Shown here piece after piece: positions 24,797-42,362 of a DNA stretch of 64,000 nt. The notes below the pieces were generated by a model that worked only from the letters and a program-made list of their open reading frames with translations, was not told where the DNA came from and did not search any database. The translations under genes were made by a program, and so were the position numbers. The DNA is from the human T2T-CHM13v2.0 reference genome, Homo sapiens. Positions within the stretch are counted from its first letter, which is position 1; each line of letters starts with the position of its first letter. The stretch is taken from NCBI RefSeq assembly GCF_009914755.1, contig NC_060928.1. One strand, given 5' to 3'.

Positions 24797-25670
24797 CATT
24801 TCTACTATCTTTTTAAATTACGTAATTACCTTACTGATGAACTTTTATTTTCTCTGTAAATTCCAATCTCTGTTTTCTTGCTTTCAGCCTGAAGAACTTC
24901 TTTTAGTGTTTCTTGTAAGGTTGGTCTTGTAGCAACAGACTCTTCCAGATTTTGTTCATCTGAGAATTTCTTTATTTTGCCTTTACTTTTTGAAGATAGT
25001 TTGTTTGATATAAGGTTCTTGGTTGAGTTTTTCTTTGAATACTTTGAATATGTCATACACTACCTTCTAGCCACTATTGTTTCTATTGAGAAGTTGGATG
25101 TAAATTTTACTGGGGTTCCCTTCCATGTGACAAATCATTTTTCTCCTGCTGCTTTGAAGATTTTTCTCTTTGTGTTTAATCTTTTAGTATATTTACTATT
25201 ATTTGCCTGGGTGCACCTTTTTAAAAATTTATTATAGTTGGAGTGTGTTGAGCTTCTTGGATATATATGTTAATGTCTTTCAGCAAACTTGTGAAGTCTT
25301 CAACCATTATTTCTTCATTTTTTTTAGCTCATTTCTCTTTCTTCCTCTACTTCTGATATTTCAGTTACAAATGTGTTAGTGCATTTAAAGGTAGCTCATA
25401 TTTCTTTGATGGTCTATTCATGTTTCTTCACTCTTTATTCCCTTTATTCTTTGGATTGCATAATCTCTATGGATTTGTCTTTAAATTCACTGATTCTTTC
25501 TTCTGCCAGTTCAAATGCACTATAGAACTCTCTAATAAATTTTTCATTTTAGTTTTTTGTAGTTTTCAAATACAGAATTTCAATTTGGTTCTTTTAATAA
25601 TTTCTATACATTTATTGACATTTTCTATTTTTATGAGCTATTGATTTTACACTTTTCCTTACGCTTTTAA

Positions 25671-25799
25671 CCATTTATGCCTAGTGTACCATTATTGGAA
25701 TGCTAAGCATATGGGAGTTATTTATATCCTACTGCTCAAGGCCATCACAAAGGTCTGATTGCAAAAATTCCAAAAATTGCAACCTCAGGCATAAATGTG
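25671..25799 (+). mobile_element. MER85 piggyBac (PGBD3-derived) MITE
   Basis: TTAA on both sides (25667-25670, 25800-25803); TIRs CCATTTATGCCT / AGGCATAAATGTG; body GGGAGTTATTTATATCCTACTGCTCAAGG. Confidence 0.9.
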
Positions 25800-26598
25800 T
25801 TAAGAATGTTTTCCTTTGTTCTTTGAGCATATTTATAATGGCTACTTTCAAATCGTTGTCTGCTAAATATAATATCTGGGCCCTCTTACAGGCAATTTCT
25901 GTTGTCTGCTTTTATTCTGTGTATGGGTCACACATTACATGTCTCATAATTTCTTTTGCTAAGTTCCAGGAGATTTCACATACTATATTGCAGAAACTCC
26001 AGATATTGATTTTCCTCCCTTCTCTTTAGACTCGTTTTGTTGTTGTTGTTGTTTTCCTGTGTTTTTGTTTGTTTCTTTGGTTGGTTGGTTTTTATTTGTT
26101 TGGTTTTGTTTTGACTGAAGTAAGCTACTTTAGTAAATCTTTCTCTTGCAGTGTGAAGTTTTGGTGTTATTCCCCTGAGAAGGCAGCTTTGTATATGCAT
26201 ACATTTACCATAGGGTGACAATGATTTTACCATTCTATCTTTGTCTGTTTCTCTGATCTCTCTATTAAGCCATCTGTTTCATTTGGTATTATACTCTGCC
26301 CAATAGACTCCACTAATATGGACTGATTGGTTTGTTGTTTTCAACAATGCTCTGGGGCATAAATTGTTTAGCAATCTCATCTAATTAAACTTGGAAAGTG
26401 GTAGTTGTTAGGCTTGTCTTTGAGGCCTTTTACTGTCCTCAGAAGGGCGCTTTTAAGCAGTATCTTTCAGTGGTTCTCTCTAGTAAACTAAATGACCAAT
26501 TGCTTGGTTTCTTGATCTTAAGAGGAGCAGCTGTTTTTGAGAGCACCATTTGGCTTAAACTTCCCCACACTCTGTTTCAAATCAAGACAGTTCTTTTC

Positions 26599-29130
<2,532 letters not shown>

Positions 29131-30034
29131 AAGACAGTTATTTTCAATAGAAAAGAGCTCTCCTTTCCTACGGACCATGTCTCTCTCTGGGCAAACTCTC
29201 TGAGCCACTACTCTGGGTTCTGTGTGAGGCAGTAGCCTCTGGACTTCTTGGCTCACCTCTTCCAACATGGAGCCTTTATTTTAAGAGCAAGCTGTGTTTG
29301 GACCATAGAAGTCCCAGTATTCTCAGCTTGTAGTACATGAAGTGAAGCCTCTGTCCTGTGGGTAAAATGGGAACAGAAGTCCCCCGCCTGCTAGCTAGCC
29401 CTCAACAGGAGTCAAACATTTTTAACTTGCATTTGGAATGGATGAGAAGTACTGATAGCCTGTGTCTCTGTGTCTCTTGGAAAGGTATGATACAACTTGA
29501 CTAGAAGCTGAGGGGAGAGGGAGCCCCATCCTCTCGGCCACACCTATCCAAGGAAGAACTTTCACCTGGCTGAGCTTTGTGGATGAAGAGAAGCAGAAGG
29601 TCACATAGCTCAAATGCCACAGTCTCCCACTGTCCTTACTGAGAGAATTAAGAACTTCTATTGTTTTCTTGAATAAGTATTTCCTCATTTGCTGTATATC
29701 CCTAGACCATTTTCAAGATACTATTTTTTATTTTTAGTTTTATCATCCCAACAGCTTTGTTCAGGTGTCTGAGGAATGGGTCTGCAAAGCTCCTCACAAT
29801 GCCATCCAGAAATGGAGCTCCGATAAGCTTATTTTTTTAAAATTGTACTTTCTATTATTTCAAGAAAACAGGAGATGAGATGTGAGGTGGACAAATATGT
29901 TCAATTTGACATCTTGATCTAATCTACTTCATCTCTTTTCAAAAGGTCATTTCTTTCTTATATATCTCCTCTGTCCCTAGCTGTGAGTAATCAATTTGTT
30001 CAGTCACATTGCTAGCGTTTGGTAGAACCAGACC

Positions 30035-30190
30035 TAGAAACTCCATGGGTAAAGTTGGGTTCAAATCCAGGTTTCTGTACTACTAGTTGTATGAAATTAA
30101 TGAGCTCTTCAAATTTCTGTTCCTTCATCTCTAATGAAAAGGAAGAATACATGCCATGTATTTTATGGTTAGAGATAGTATGTAGAAATA
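30035..30190 (+). mobile_element. MIR SINE
   Basis: TGGGTTCAAATCCAGGTTTCTGTACTACTAGTTGTATGA...CTGTTCCTTCATCT. Confidence 0.75.
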
Positions 30191-31260
30191 GCATTTTAAA
30201 CATCACTCTTAGAGAATCCAGTTTGTCTCATCTTAATAAGAAACTTTTAAAAAATCATAGCAAAATATTATTAATTTCATTATCTAGCAAGCTTTCAACT
30301 ACTCTTTAATTTAAAAAGTCATCTATACACAAAGCAATTATTGCTATATTTAAAAGTTTCAAAAAGAATATAATTAATTCAAACTTGTTTTTTTTTTTAT
30401 TTCTGATTAATCTGTATAGTGCCTTGCATTCTCATGTAAGAGACATTGAATATCTGATGACTTGGCAGAATTTTGTTTTCATGTGGACACTCTTAGATAT
30501 TTTGGTATCAGTTTAGACACAACAAGCAGAATGACTTAAAAATGTAGGTACAAAAGAGTTTTATTTCAAAAAGCACTACCGTTTAATTCCACACTAACTG
30601 ATTACTGTGTCTGGAGTGCTTGATTTAATGTAAAGATTTGTAACTTTGGCATTTTCCATACCACTAAGAAATGCCATATAATTATATTAAAATTTTACTG
30701 ATTCTTACCCCATTTATTTGACATCTATAAAAATTTATACATGGATTAAATAAAAATTTGCCATATTTTTATAAAATGAGTTTTCTAAAAATTTATCAGA
30801 ACAAAACCTAGCAAAGAACTGTGAATAAAGTAAGTGACAATAGATAATTACTATATTTAATAAATATGCTCCTAGGTGGGAAAAGCATTTGATAAGCATA
30901 GCTTTGTCATACTTTTAGGCAAGCGACAAATCAATTACAAAGATTTTAAAAATTTGGTATAAGTGAATTGCCTTCTGAAGCTCTCCTGGCAATATCTTTT
31001 TACGTCAATTGGTTTCTCAGGAGCTGAAAGCAGCCACATTATCCAGGTATTTATGTGGTTTTTAAATGGTGCATCAATAAATCTTCATGGATTTTGTCAG
31101 GTCACTTAATGCCCAGTAATGGAAAGTGAGGTGGTATGAGAGTAGGGAGGTGTTGATTACAAGAAATATTAGGAACTCATCTTGCTTCAACCATTGAGCT
31201 TTTATTTGTTTCATATACCAGGCTTCAACATAATGTTTAATTCATTCAAACAAAGGGTCC

Positions 31261-32189
<929 letters not shown>

Positions 32190-32344
32190 TAAACCTTGAT
32201 TTGGTTCAACCATCTGTATAAAGAGTAAGCAAACTAACGTACAATGAAGCAGTGGCAGTCTCAAGACCACACTACCATTTTGTAGGTGACTTGGGACTAG
32301 AGCCTAATTCCTTCTGCTTCTCTTATCAGCAGTAGATCTCTCTT

Positions 32345-32556
32345 TAAACTATTAGTCCACAAACTTTAGTGTGAATCAGAATCACCTGAAGCACTTGTAA
32401 AAACACATATTATTTGGTTTTGCTTCCTCTCTGCTAACATTTCTGAGTCAATATATCCATAGTAGGACACCAAAATTTGCATTTAATTTCTAACAAGTTC
32501 CTAAATGATGCTGAGGCTGCTGGTTTAAAATCACACTGGAAAACAACTGCTCTAGA
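32345..32556. mobile_element. MER5A-like hAT MITE
   Basis: ATCAGAATCACCTG...AATTTGCATT...TTTCTAACAAGTTCC...TGATGCTG...CTGCTCTAGA. Confidence 0.75.
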
Positions 32557-32971
32557 CCACAGTTTAAAGTGTGGGGAAGCAATGGAGAAGTTACAATATA
32601 CCAAGAATGAAGAAAACATTAAATAAATTGTTTGATGTGGCCTCTTTTTGGGCTCTTGCTTCGTGCCTACTGAAAGTTTTTTCCATATTTCTGGGCCTCA
32701 GATTTCTGATTAATAAAATATAGACTTTAGACCAAATGATATTTGATGTCCCCTCTAAGATAATATAAATACTACTACTTTCTTATGATAATTAAATAAA
32801 ATGGTTAAGAAAAAAATTGAAGCTATGCCACTATAACAGCTAGAAACAATCTGGCAGCATGCATCTGTAAACTTTGCAAGTAACTGTGGTTTGAATAAAT
32901 TGTTTTCTCACATAGCAAAATGTTTGAAACTAGGTGATTATCACCTTTTTCTTTCTTTTTTTTTCATTTTT

Positions 32972-33375
32972 ACAGGTTGGGTTCTCTAGAAGAGATGCTG
33001 AGACAGACTATTGGGATGTAAGATGTTTAGTAGGGATCACACCTACAAAGATAAATGGGAGGAAGTAAGATTAGATAGAAAAAAACTGCAATGCAAACCC
33101 AACAAAAGCTTATCCAACCTAGCAGGGAGCTAGAGTATACATTGCCTATGAGAGTGTCCTGTGTTGGCCTGAAATGGCCGGGTCCATTTCAAGGCATAAA
33201 CTAAATGTCATTCTGTCCCTCCAAGAGTGTGGCCTTAACCAGATAGCTCTCAGCAGCTGAGTTGGATCCTGAAGGGCTGATGTTGGAGGCTGTCTGTGGA
33301 TCCCACTCTCTACAGGTAGTAGCCAGTCCTTCTTGAAGCGGGTTTTGGAGGGCACATCTCCAGGTCTATTACACA
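32972..33375 (-). mobile_element. LTR16A-like ERVL LTR, nested in an older MLT1 relic (~32820-34050)
   Basis: GGTTGGGTTCTCTAGAAG.GATGCTGAGA...GAGTGTCCTGTGTTGGCCTGAAATGGCC. Confidence 0.6.
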
Positions 33376-33494
33376 TATCAACACAAGTTCTCTGTGATTC
33401 CCTTGGTCTTTCTCTTATGTTCAAGCAATGACTCATGAAGTTTCAAGTATTACATGCCATTCAAAGCACAGAGGGACAGAAGGAGTAGTAGGGT

Positions 33495-33843
33495 TGTTTC
33501 ATTCTGTTCAGGCTGCTGTAACATACACTGGGTGGCTTATGAACAACAAATATGTATTGCTCACAATTCTGGAGGGTGGAAAGTCCAAGATGAAGGTGGC
33601 TGCAGATTCAGTGTCTGGTGAGGACCTGTTTCCTCATATCACCTTCTCTCTGTGTCCCATATGAAGAAAGGAGCAAGCTAACTCTGGGGTCTTTTTTATC
33701 CAGGCACTAATCCCATTCATAAGAGCAGAGCCTCATGACAGAATCATCTCCCAAAGGCCCCACCTTCTAACGCCATCACCTTAAGGGGTAGGATTTCAAC
33801 ATGTGAATTGGTGAGGGGTGACACAGACGTTCAGACCCTAGCA
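33495..33843 (-). mobile_element. MLT1A/MSTD-like MaLR solo LTR
   Basis: CAGGCTGCTGTAACA...GGAAAGTCCAAGATGAAGG...GCACTAATCCCATTCAT...CGTTCAGACCCTAGCA. Confidence 0.85.
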
Positions 33844-36364
33844 AATGTCTAGCCCCTTTATCAGGAAATTGAAAGCTTTCCTGGAAACCATTGAGTCGAT
33901 TTTGCTTATGTCTCACCAGAAAGTTATCACGTGATTAATCAAGCTACAGGTAACTAGTTAGTATCTCTAGTCTCTACAGTAGGAAAATAAAAGGAAAAGG
34001 GGATTGGGAATAGATGTGGTTTTTCAACCATGAAGGCCTTTGCCACTCACTTTACTAATCACCTAAAATGTCTGCCAGTTACTTTGTCAGATGCTAAACT
34101 GTCAAATTCCACAAAAATGTTGCCAAATCAGTATTAGTATTTCTAATTCTAAAAGCCTTGAAACTAAATCCTTGCTTTTCCTTATACTTTATTGACATTT
34201 TTCCTCAGTCATCATATGACACCCAGAATTAAGAGTCTTAGGCTTTCAAGAATTCACCGAAGCAGCAGAAATGGGTAGTTTATGGCAACATAAATGGAGT
34301 TCAATTTAAGAGTAGGCGTACACTTTTATTGGAAAAAGATGGCATTTACCGAGTTATTTTTATTTTTCCTTTGAGGTTAAAATAAGTTTTTTTCTCTATC
34401 TTGGGAATATATAGTCAGGCAACTCACAAATGTGACATGAACTGAAGGATACAGGGGCTATAATTCGCATCAAAGCGAAACCAACAGGACTTCTGTCATC
34501 TCCTCTTCAAAGCAATATTATCCTAAGGGATGTGATATTTCACTGTAAACCAAGAAATTCATGCTCAAACATGCAGCTGCTAGCTCAAAATTTAACATAA
34601 AAAGCTTTAAAAGGAAGAAAAAGAGAGAAAGCAGGTGAGAAGGAAGCCAAACCAACTCTCCAAGAATTTGCTTGCTCTTAAGTAGCATCCTTAGCCCATC
34701 ATTGTCTCAGACACTGTGCTAATAAATAAAAATGAAGATAAGTAATGGCCTAATGAATCACAGTAATACATGTTATTAAATCAATAGGTCAGAACTGAAA
34801 ATAAGACCTATGCTTTCACAATTGCTGAAGTGAATAAGAAGGAGGAGGAATCCAATTATCCTATATCTGTAGATTGTATGCCTAAAATGTAGATACTACT
34901 ATTTGAACTCACTTTCCTGTGAATTTATTTTCAGGATCAGTAAATTTGGCTTAGGACTTGAAAAAAGTTAAAAGAAAATGTGAAAATTATATAAAGCAGC
35001 AGGATAATATCAGAGTTGTAATTTAATATTAAAATTTTAAGAAGAAGTGATTACATTTTAATGGCAATGTATGTCTTTTCATAATAAACCAAATGGTTGT
35101 TTATGATAAGATTTCAGAAATTGTTAGAAAAATAAACATTTTGGTGCACTGGGCAAAGTATACTGTCTTCATAGTAATATTGTAAAATGTCTCTGCATTT
35201 CTCTAACAACCAGAGTAAACAAATCAATCAGTACTTTTGAATAAAGTGGCTCGTAGAAAGTAAAATAAGCCATGTTTTTAAAGCACTTGTTATTTTAAAT
35301 AAAAACAGTAGAGGGCTCTGAAAATGATAAAATATGTAATGGCGAAAACTAACTCAACTGAGTTCCAACTAGAAGTCAGATACTTTACACACATTTTATC
35401 ATGTATAAAAAAGACATGGAAACTATAAATAAATTATAAAAAGCAAGATGCTTATGGATATCTTTCCACATATTACTTATCCTTAAGCCATGCCTTAACT
35501 ATCTCATTTTTAAATTCTGTTTTAGTAAAAATTCCAAAGAGACAAGTGGATTCATTCCAGAAAGCTATCAAACATATATTCTCTTGATGTTATTTCTTTA
35601 GGGATTAGCATTCCCTATATTGTTTCAATATTAATTTATGTGTCAATTATTTTCTGCCATAGGACATCAATGGATTTATTCGGGGACATCTATCCAAATT
35701 ACATCAACATAAAATTTTATTTATTCTTTATAATTGAAAATCTAAGGAGTATTTTTCCCCAGGAATAGAAATATAATTTGTAATGTCCATCGTAAGTGAT
35801 TAAAATTAATTACACTATTTTCCTAATTTACTACTTTCATCTGAGCTCCTATGTTCATAGCAATATGTTAATTCTGACTAATTGTTAACTTTGTATACAA
35901 ATTTCACTCAGAGGTTATTTTTGAAATTGAGGACATATCTACTCAAATTGGCAAATATATTTTGAAGATTATTTTTAAGTGCAATTTAAATTTTGGTAAT
36001 TATTAAGATTAAATCAATTGATTATAGTTAATTTTCAGTGACAGCCCTCTCTCTTACTATAGATGATTATGGAGCAAAGATGGCTGATCATCAGAATTGT
36101 TTATTTTTTCCTCTCTTTTAAGTTCCCAAATGTGTATCTTAAGACACAGGAATGACAACTCTAAAACCACCAACACATGCAGAAACAAAGATAACTCCTA
36201 TGAAAGAAGTTAATGGCAATGTAACCACAGAATTGTAATATTGAATATTTCTGTAATGTGGGAGACAGTATAATATTTTGATAAGGGGAAAAGACTCAGA
36301 ATAACACCGCGTGAATCAAAGCCAGGCTCTGCCGCTCACCATCTGCATGCCTATGAACAATTGA

Positions 36365-36674
<310 letters not shown>

Positions 36675-36781
36675 ACTATTAATATACTCTTGACTTAAAG
36701 CACTAATGTGCCTTCTGAAGGGACCTATTTTATTAATAAGAACCCAACTTAAACCCGATGATAATTGAGTTCAAATAATAG

Positions 36782-37202
<421 letters not shown>

Positions 37203-38729
37203 TCATTTCTAGTCTTCACAAGTTATCTTTTTCTTTTCTAACCCTTCCTCCTCCCTTTTAGCTATAATTTGACACACAGGTAGGACCAAGTTAAAATACA
37301 TATTCGTAGAACATTTCTTAGAAACAGTCGAAGTCTTGTAAACATTATACAATGACTTCTTATAATAAAAGATTAAGAAAATATTTCATTTACAAAAATA
37401 AAAGATTAATCCTATTCTGTTTCTGTTTCTAGAGTAAAAACAGAAAGATTATGATTACTTATAAAATATATGTAAAATTTAAGACCAAATAGGTCCTTTC
37501 TCTCTCATTTGCCTCTACCCTCTCTATTTTCATCTCTCATATACACAATACTGCTATTAAACTAAAAAGATGTTTTGTCCGTTTTTATTTTTCTCCAAGC
37601 ACTCTCAAATAACATGTGATACAACTAAAAGTGCTCTCAGATTATATTAAAGATAGGCAAAATCCTAAATGGATACAAATTGAACAATTTAATTGTCTGC
37701 CACTAATATTATCAGCATACTGCTATTGAGCTTCTCTGCTTCACAGGAAACAGCTGCCTGACCAGTTATTCCTACTCATTTGTGGAAACTCAAGACTTAG
37801 TTGTGTAACAAAACATAGTTATTGGATAACTGAGATAGACCCTCTTTTTACTTATTTTATAAAGTAAACCCTCAGAAAGATTATTCAATTAATTATAGAG
37901 GGAATTAAGTAAAATGAATTTATTTTGGAATATGACAATGTTAAAAGGTATAGGCAGGACTTAGGTTAGCTCTAAGTGCAGTCATCTATTTTCCTTCTCT
38001 TATAGAAATGAGAAAAACAGAGATAAATAAATGTATTAAATGTAAAAATTATGGCTCAAGGAAGGAAGTTTGTTGTTTGCTTCAGAGATATAAAACAACT
38101 TTTGCATTGAATAATAATTAAATGTATACATATGGGTGCGCATATACACAGATGAAGTCACAAGAACATTGAATCATTTCAAATTCATGGTGGGACTTAC
38201 TTGTAAGAAATATGGGCTCTTTGAAGCCCTGACACTGGCATTGGAATAAGTTAAATTTTAAAGACGAAGCAATTAGAAAACATCTTCTAATCTTAAACTG
38301 TAGAAAAAACACAGAGGAGGGGGACATATACCTGATTTTAAAGGTTTTACATTGATTGACATATTTATGACCTCAAGGGTTCTATAGAGTTATTTTATAA
38401 ATCTCTTCTTCCAGTATTAATATTCTTAATATTTCTGCTCCAGGAGATAAATGAGAATGAGAAAAAAGAGGAAATCTTCGATTATCTTAGTTCTCTTATC
38501 ACCTTTCCTAGCCTTACTATGTTGTTACTCAAAGGTTTTGTATTTGACAAGAAGTCATTTACAGAGGTAGAAAAACACTTATTTTCTTTGAGACTCAATT
38601 AATTGTCCTGTGCAGTGATAGAGTTTGATTAGATCTCCTCTTAGTCCTTTTAATCTCTAAACTTTATTATTAAATCATAGAATATAAAATTACCACAGAT
38701 CCAGAATGCCATACAGGCATTCTTGTGGA

Positions 38730-39064
38730 CATTAGTACCCCTCATCTATACACAATTTTACTTTCCACGGTTTCACTTACCCACAGTCAACCACAGTATA
38801 AAAATAAGTGATAGAGTACAATAAAATGTTTTGAGAGAAAAGGAGACCACATTCACATAACTTTTATTATAGTACATTATTATAATTGTTCTATTTCATT
38901 ATTGTTGTTAATCTCTTACTGTGCCTAATTTAGAAATTAAACTTTTTCGTAGGTATGTATGTGTAGAAAAAAACATAATATTTATAGGGTTTGGAACTAT
39001 CCATGGTTTTAGGCATCCACTAAGCATCTTGGACCATATCCTTCATGGATAAGGGGGACTACTG
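38730..39064. mobile_element. MER44A-like Tigger MITE
   Basis: GACCACATTCACATAACTTTTATT...CTCTTACTGTGCCTAATTT...GGATAAGGGGGACTACTG followed by TA. Confidence 0.85.
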
Positions 39065-39599
39065 TACTAAAACTTACCTGAAGATAATAAGAAGGTAAAA
39101 AAAAGACTAAAATCTGTATGAATGAGAGACTGTGGAGTATGGCCGAAAGAGTCATTGCTGTTTAATTCTCCTCTTTTTTTTTTTTACACCCAAATTACCA
39201 AACTAGTGAAATATAAATATATTTCAAGAGATTTCAAAGCTGCCTGGAACTTGGATAATATACTTATGCATTATTTCATGTTATGCCTGAAAAAGCTGTG
39301 ACATGGGGTAATAAATTTGTTAAATCGTGGGTCTTATCATTGACTTTTCTGTTAGTTCATTTATTCATACTTTTACATAAACATTTACTGAATGCTACTG
39401 CACATGACACTATGTTAAAAACTAGAAAACAAATACAAATATGTCATTGTCCCTGTTGTCAAAAAATATTACATAGTCTTAGAAAAAAATAAGCAAATTC
39501 AAGTGGAAAATGTCCCTATTAGAAATACTGTTGTAAATTTATATGTAAAAATCATGAGAAATTGTTCACAAATAATAAAACTAAATTTTTCTTTGATTT

Positions 39600-40365
39600 C
39601 CCCATCAAAAAGTGGGTAAAGGATATGAACAGATACTTCTCAAAAGAAGACATTTATGTGGCCAACAAACATAAAAAAAAGCTCATCATCACTGGTCATT
39701 AGAGAAATGCAAATCAAAACCACAATGAGATACCATCTCATGCCAGTTAGAATGGTGATCATTAAAAAGTCAGGAATCAACAGATGCTGGGGAGGATGTG
39801 GAGAAATAGGAACGCTTTTACACTGTTGGTGGGAGTGTAAATTAGTTCAACCATTGTGGAAGACAGTGTGGCGATTCCTCAAGGATCTAGAACAAGAAAT
39901 ACCATTTGACCCAGCAATCCCATTACTGGGTATATACTCAAAGGATTATAAATCATTCTACTATAAAGACACATGCACACGTATGTTTATTGCAGCTCTA
40001 TTTACAATAGCAAAGACTTGGGACCAACCCAAATGCCCATCAATGACAGACTGGATAAAGAAAATGCGGCACATATACACCATGGAATACTATGCAGCCA
40101 TAAAAAATGAGTTCATATCCTTTGCAGGGACATGGAAGAAGCTGGAAACCATCATTCTTAGCAAACTAACACAGGAACAGAAAACCAAACACCACCTGTT
40201 CTCACTGATAAGTGGGAGTTGAACAATGAGAACACATGGACACAGGGAAGGGAACATCACACATTGTGGCCTGCTGGGGGGTGGGAGGCTAGGGGAGGGA
40301 TAGCATTAAGGGATACACTTAATGTAGATGATGGGTTGATGGGTGCAGCAAACCACCATGGCACC
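39600..40365 (+). mobile_element. L1PA7/8-like fragment truncated at both ends
   Basis: ORF 39656-40222 is the ORF2p C-terminus ([14 protein letters not shown]); 3'UTR stops at CCACCATGGCAC with no poly-A. Confidence 0.92.
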
Positions 40366-40369
40366 TTAA

Positions 40370-42362
40370 AGATAACCTCATATTTAAGGGTGAATATTTA
40401 AGATGTCCTCCCAGGAACAGAAATAAAGCAATAATGTCTGCCCTGACTACTACCATTCAACCTTGTACTGAAGGTCCTAGTCACTGCAGTAGGAAATGAA
40501 TATCATAAAAACCATACAGATTAAAAAGAAATAAATAGAATTATTTCTGTTTGCATAGGACATGATTGTTTACATAAAAAATTCCCAGTATTCTATAAAA
40601 CCACTATTAAAAGTAATATATGAATTTTTCAAAGTTGTAGGATATAAGGTTAATATGCAAAAGCTTTTGCAGTTGTATATAATAGCAGAGAAAATATTTG
40701 GAAAATAAAATAAATAATATTCTATTATAATAATGCCAAAATATGAAAAAATTAGGAGTCCATTTAATATGGTATGCAAGCCTATACACTGAAAACTAGA
40801 CATAGTTATTGAAAAAAATTTAAAAGACCTAAATAAATATATTTAATATTTTTATGGATACAAATGGCCAGCATTCTCAAAATACTAATTTTCCTTAAAT
40901 TGATCTGTACAGTCAGTATAATCTCAATCAAGATTCTAGCAACCCTTTTTATAGAAATGGACAAGGTGATTCTAAAATTTATATGAAATTGCAAACAACC
41001 TAGAATAGCCAAACTAATATTTTTAAAGTTAAAAGACATGCATTATCTGATTTGAAGAATTTCTATAAAGCTACGGTAATCAAAATAGTGTGGCATTGGT
41101 GAAAGTATAGATACATCAAAGGGTTAATGGAACACAATAATAAATCAATGAAAAAAAGTGGACACATATATAATCGATTGATATTTGTCAAAGGTTCCAA
41201 AGCAATTCAATGGGCAGAGAAAAGTCTTCGACAAATAGTACTGAAACAACTCGCTAGCCATGAGGATGATGTCATCAAACCTTGCCACACGAAATAAAAA
41301 AAATCAACCCAAAATGCATCATATACCTAATTGTAAGTGGTAGAAATATAAACTTAAAGGAGGACAAATCTCTACAACATTTAATTAGGAAATGTTCTCT
41401 TAAACAGAGCACAAAAGGCATAAACCACAAAACAAAAAATGATGAAGTGTACTTCATGAAAATTATTAGAACATTAACCTTCTCAAAAGGTACCAAAAAG
41501 GCACAACTTCTGGGGATCTAAGGTACACTGCGGGTGGTGATAAAACTGTTAATTAATGTATATAAAATCACCATGTTATATGGTGATTTGAATATATTAA
41601 TCAAATATATTTGATTTGATATATTAATAAAATCACAATGTTATATGGTTATTTGTATATATTCCTATTTTTGTCAACTAAATATTTTAAAGTAAAAAAA
41701 TTGGAGATGTAGGGAAAAAAAGGCAAGCCATATAATGTGAGAATAGATATACATAGTAACATAGTAGCAAATAATTAGAAAATGATTTACTTTAGTGCCA
41801 AAACTTTAATTGAAATAAATATATGGTATGAGGAATGCCATGTATTTATAGCAATATAATTACAATAAGTATATATCTGAGGAGCAACATGTATTTATGG
41901 TATGGTATAAGGAGAATTTATAATTCACTAATAATAAGACAAATAATCCAGCTAAAATTGGCATAAAGATGCGAACGGACACTTCACTAAAGAAATTACT
42001 TGAATGACCAGTAAGCTCATGAAAAGATGCTCACCCTAAGGTCATAAGGTAAAATACAAATCATAATGAGATACTACTGTATACCCATTACAGTGGCTAA
42101 AGCAAAAAAGATTGGCAGTTCCAAGTGTTGGCGTGCACGTGAAACTACTGAACCTTTCATATGCTATTTTTCAAAATGTAAAAGTGGAACAATCACTTTG
42201 TAAAATATGTTGGCAGCTTATTGAAATGTTAAATATACATCCACAATAAACCACAGCCATTGCACTCCTAGGAATTTACCTTAGAGCAATAAAAACACAT
42301 TTCCACACAAAGGCTTGTACATGGATATTCACATCAGCTATATTCACAATAGACAAAAACCG
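40370..42362 (+). mobile_element. Old L1M ORF2 segment with a short internal insert at ~41503-41717
   Basis: Decayed ORF2 (CCATTCAACCTTGTACTGAAGGTCCTAG; TTCTAAAATTTATATGAAA; CCATTGCACTCCTAGGAATTTACC). Confidence 0.82.

Larger units (their letters stand above)
23050..26596 (-). mobile_element. Old L1M inter-ORF, ORF1 and 5' region (probably two fragments), continuing at 29146-29790
   Basis: Minus-strand ORF1-like peptide KLSSKSKGKIKKFSDEQNLEESVATRPTLQETLKEVLQAE (24826-25056); a similar segment at 23470-23740. Confidence 0.75.

Noticed and set aside
36305-36346. CpG-containing patch as a CTCF site or promoter
   Set aside because: Poor match to the CTCF core and far too small for a CpG island
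38711-38732. TACAGGCAT as the missing Tigger1 terminus
   Set aside because: Similarity collapses after ~7 bases and overlaps the MER44 edge
39656-40222. 188-aa ORF as a gene
   Set aside because: L1 ORF2p C-terminus with no promoter or splice evidence
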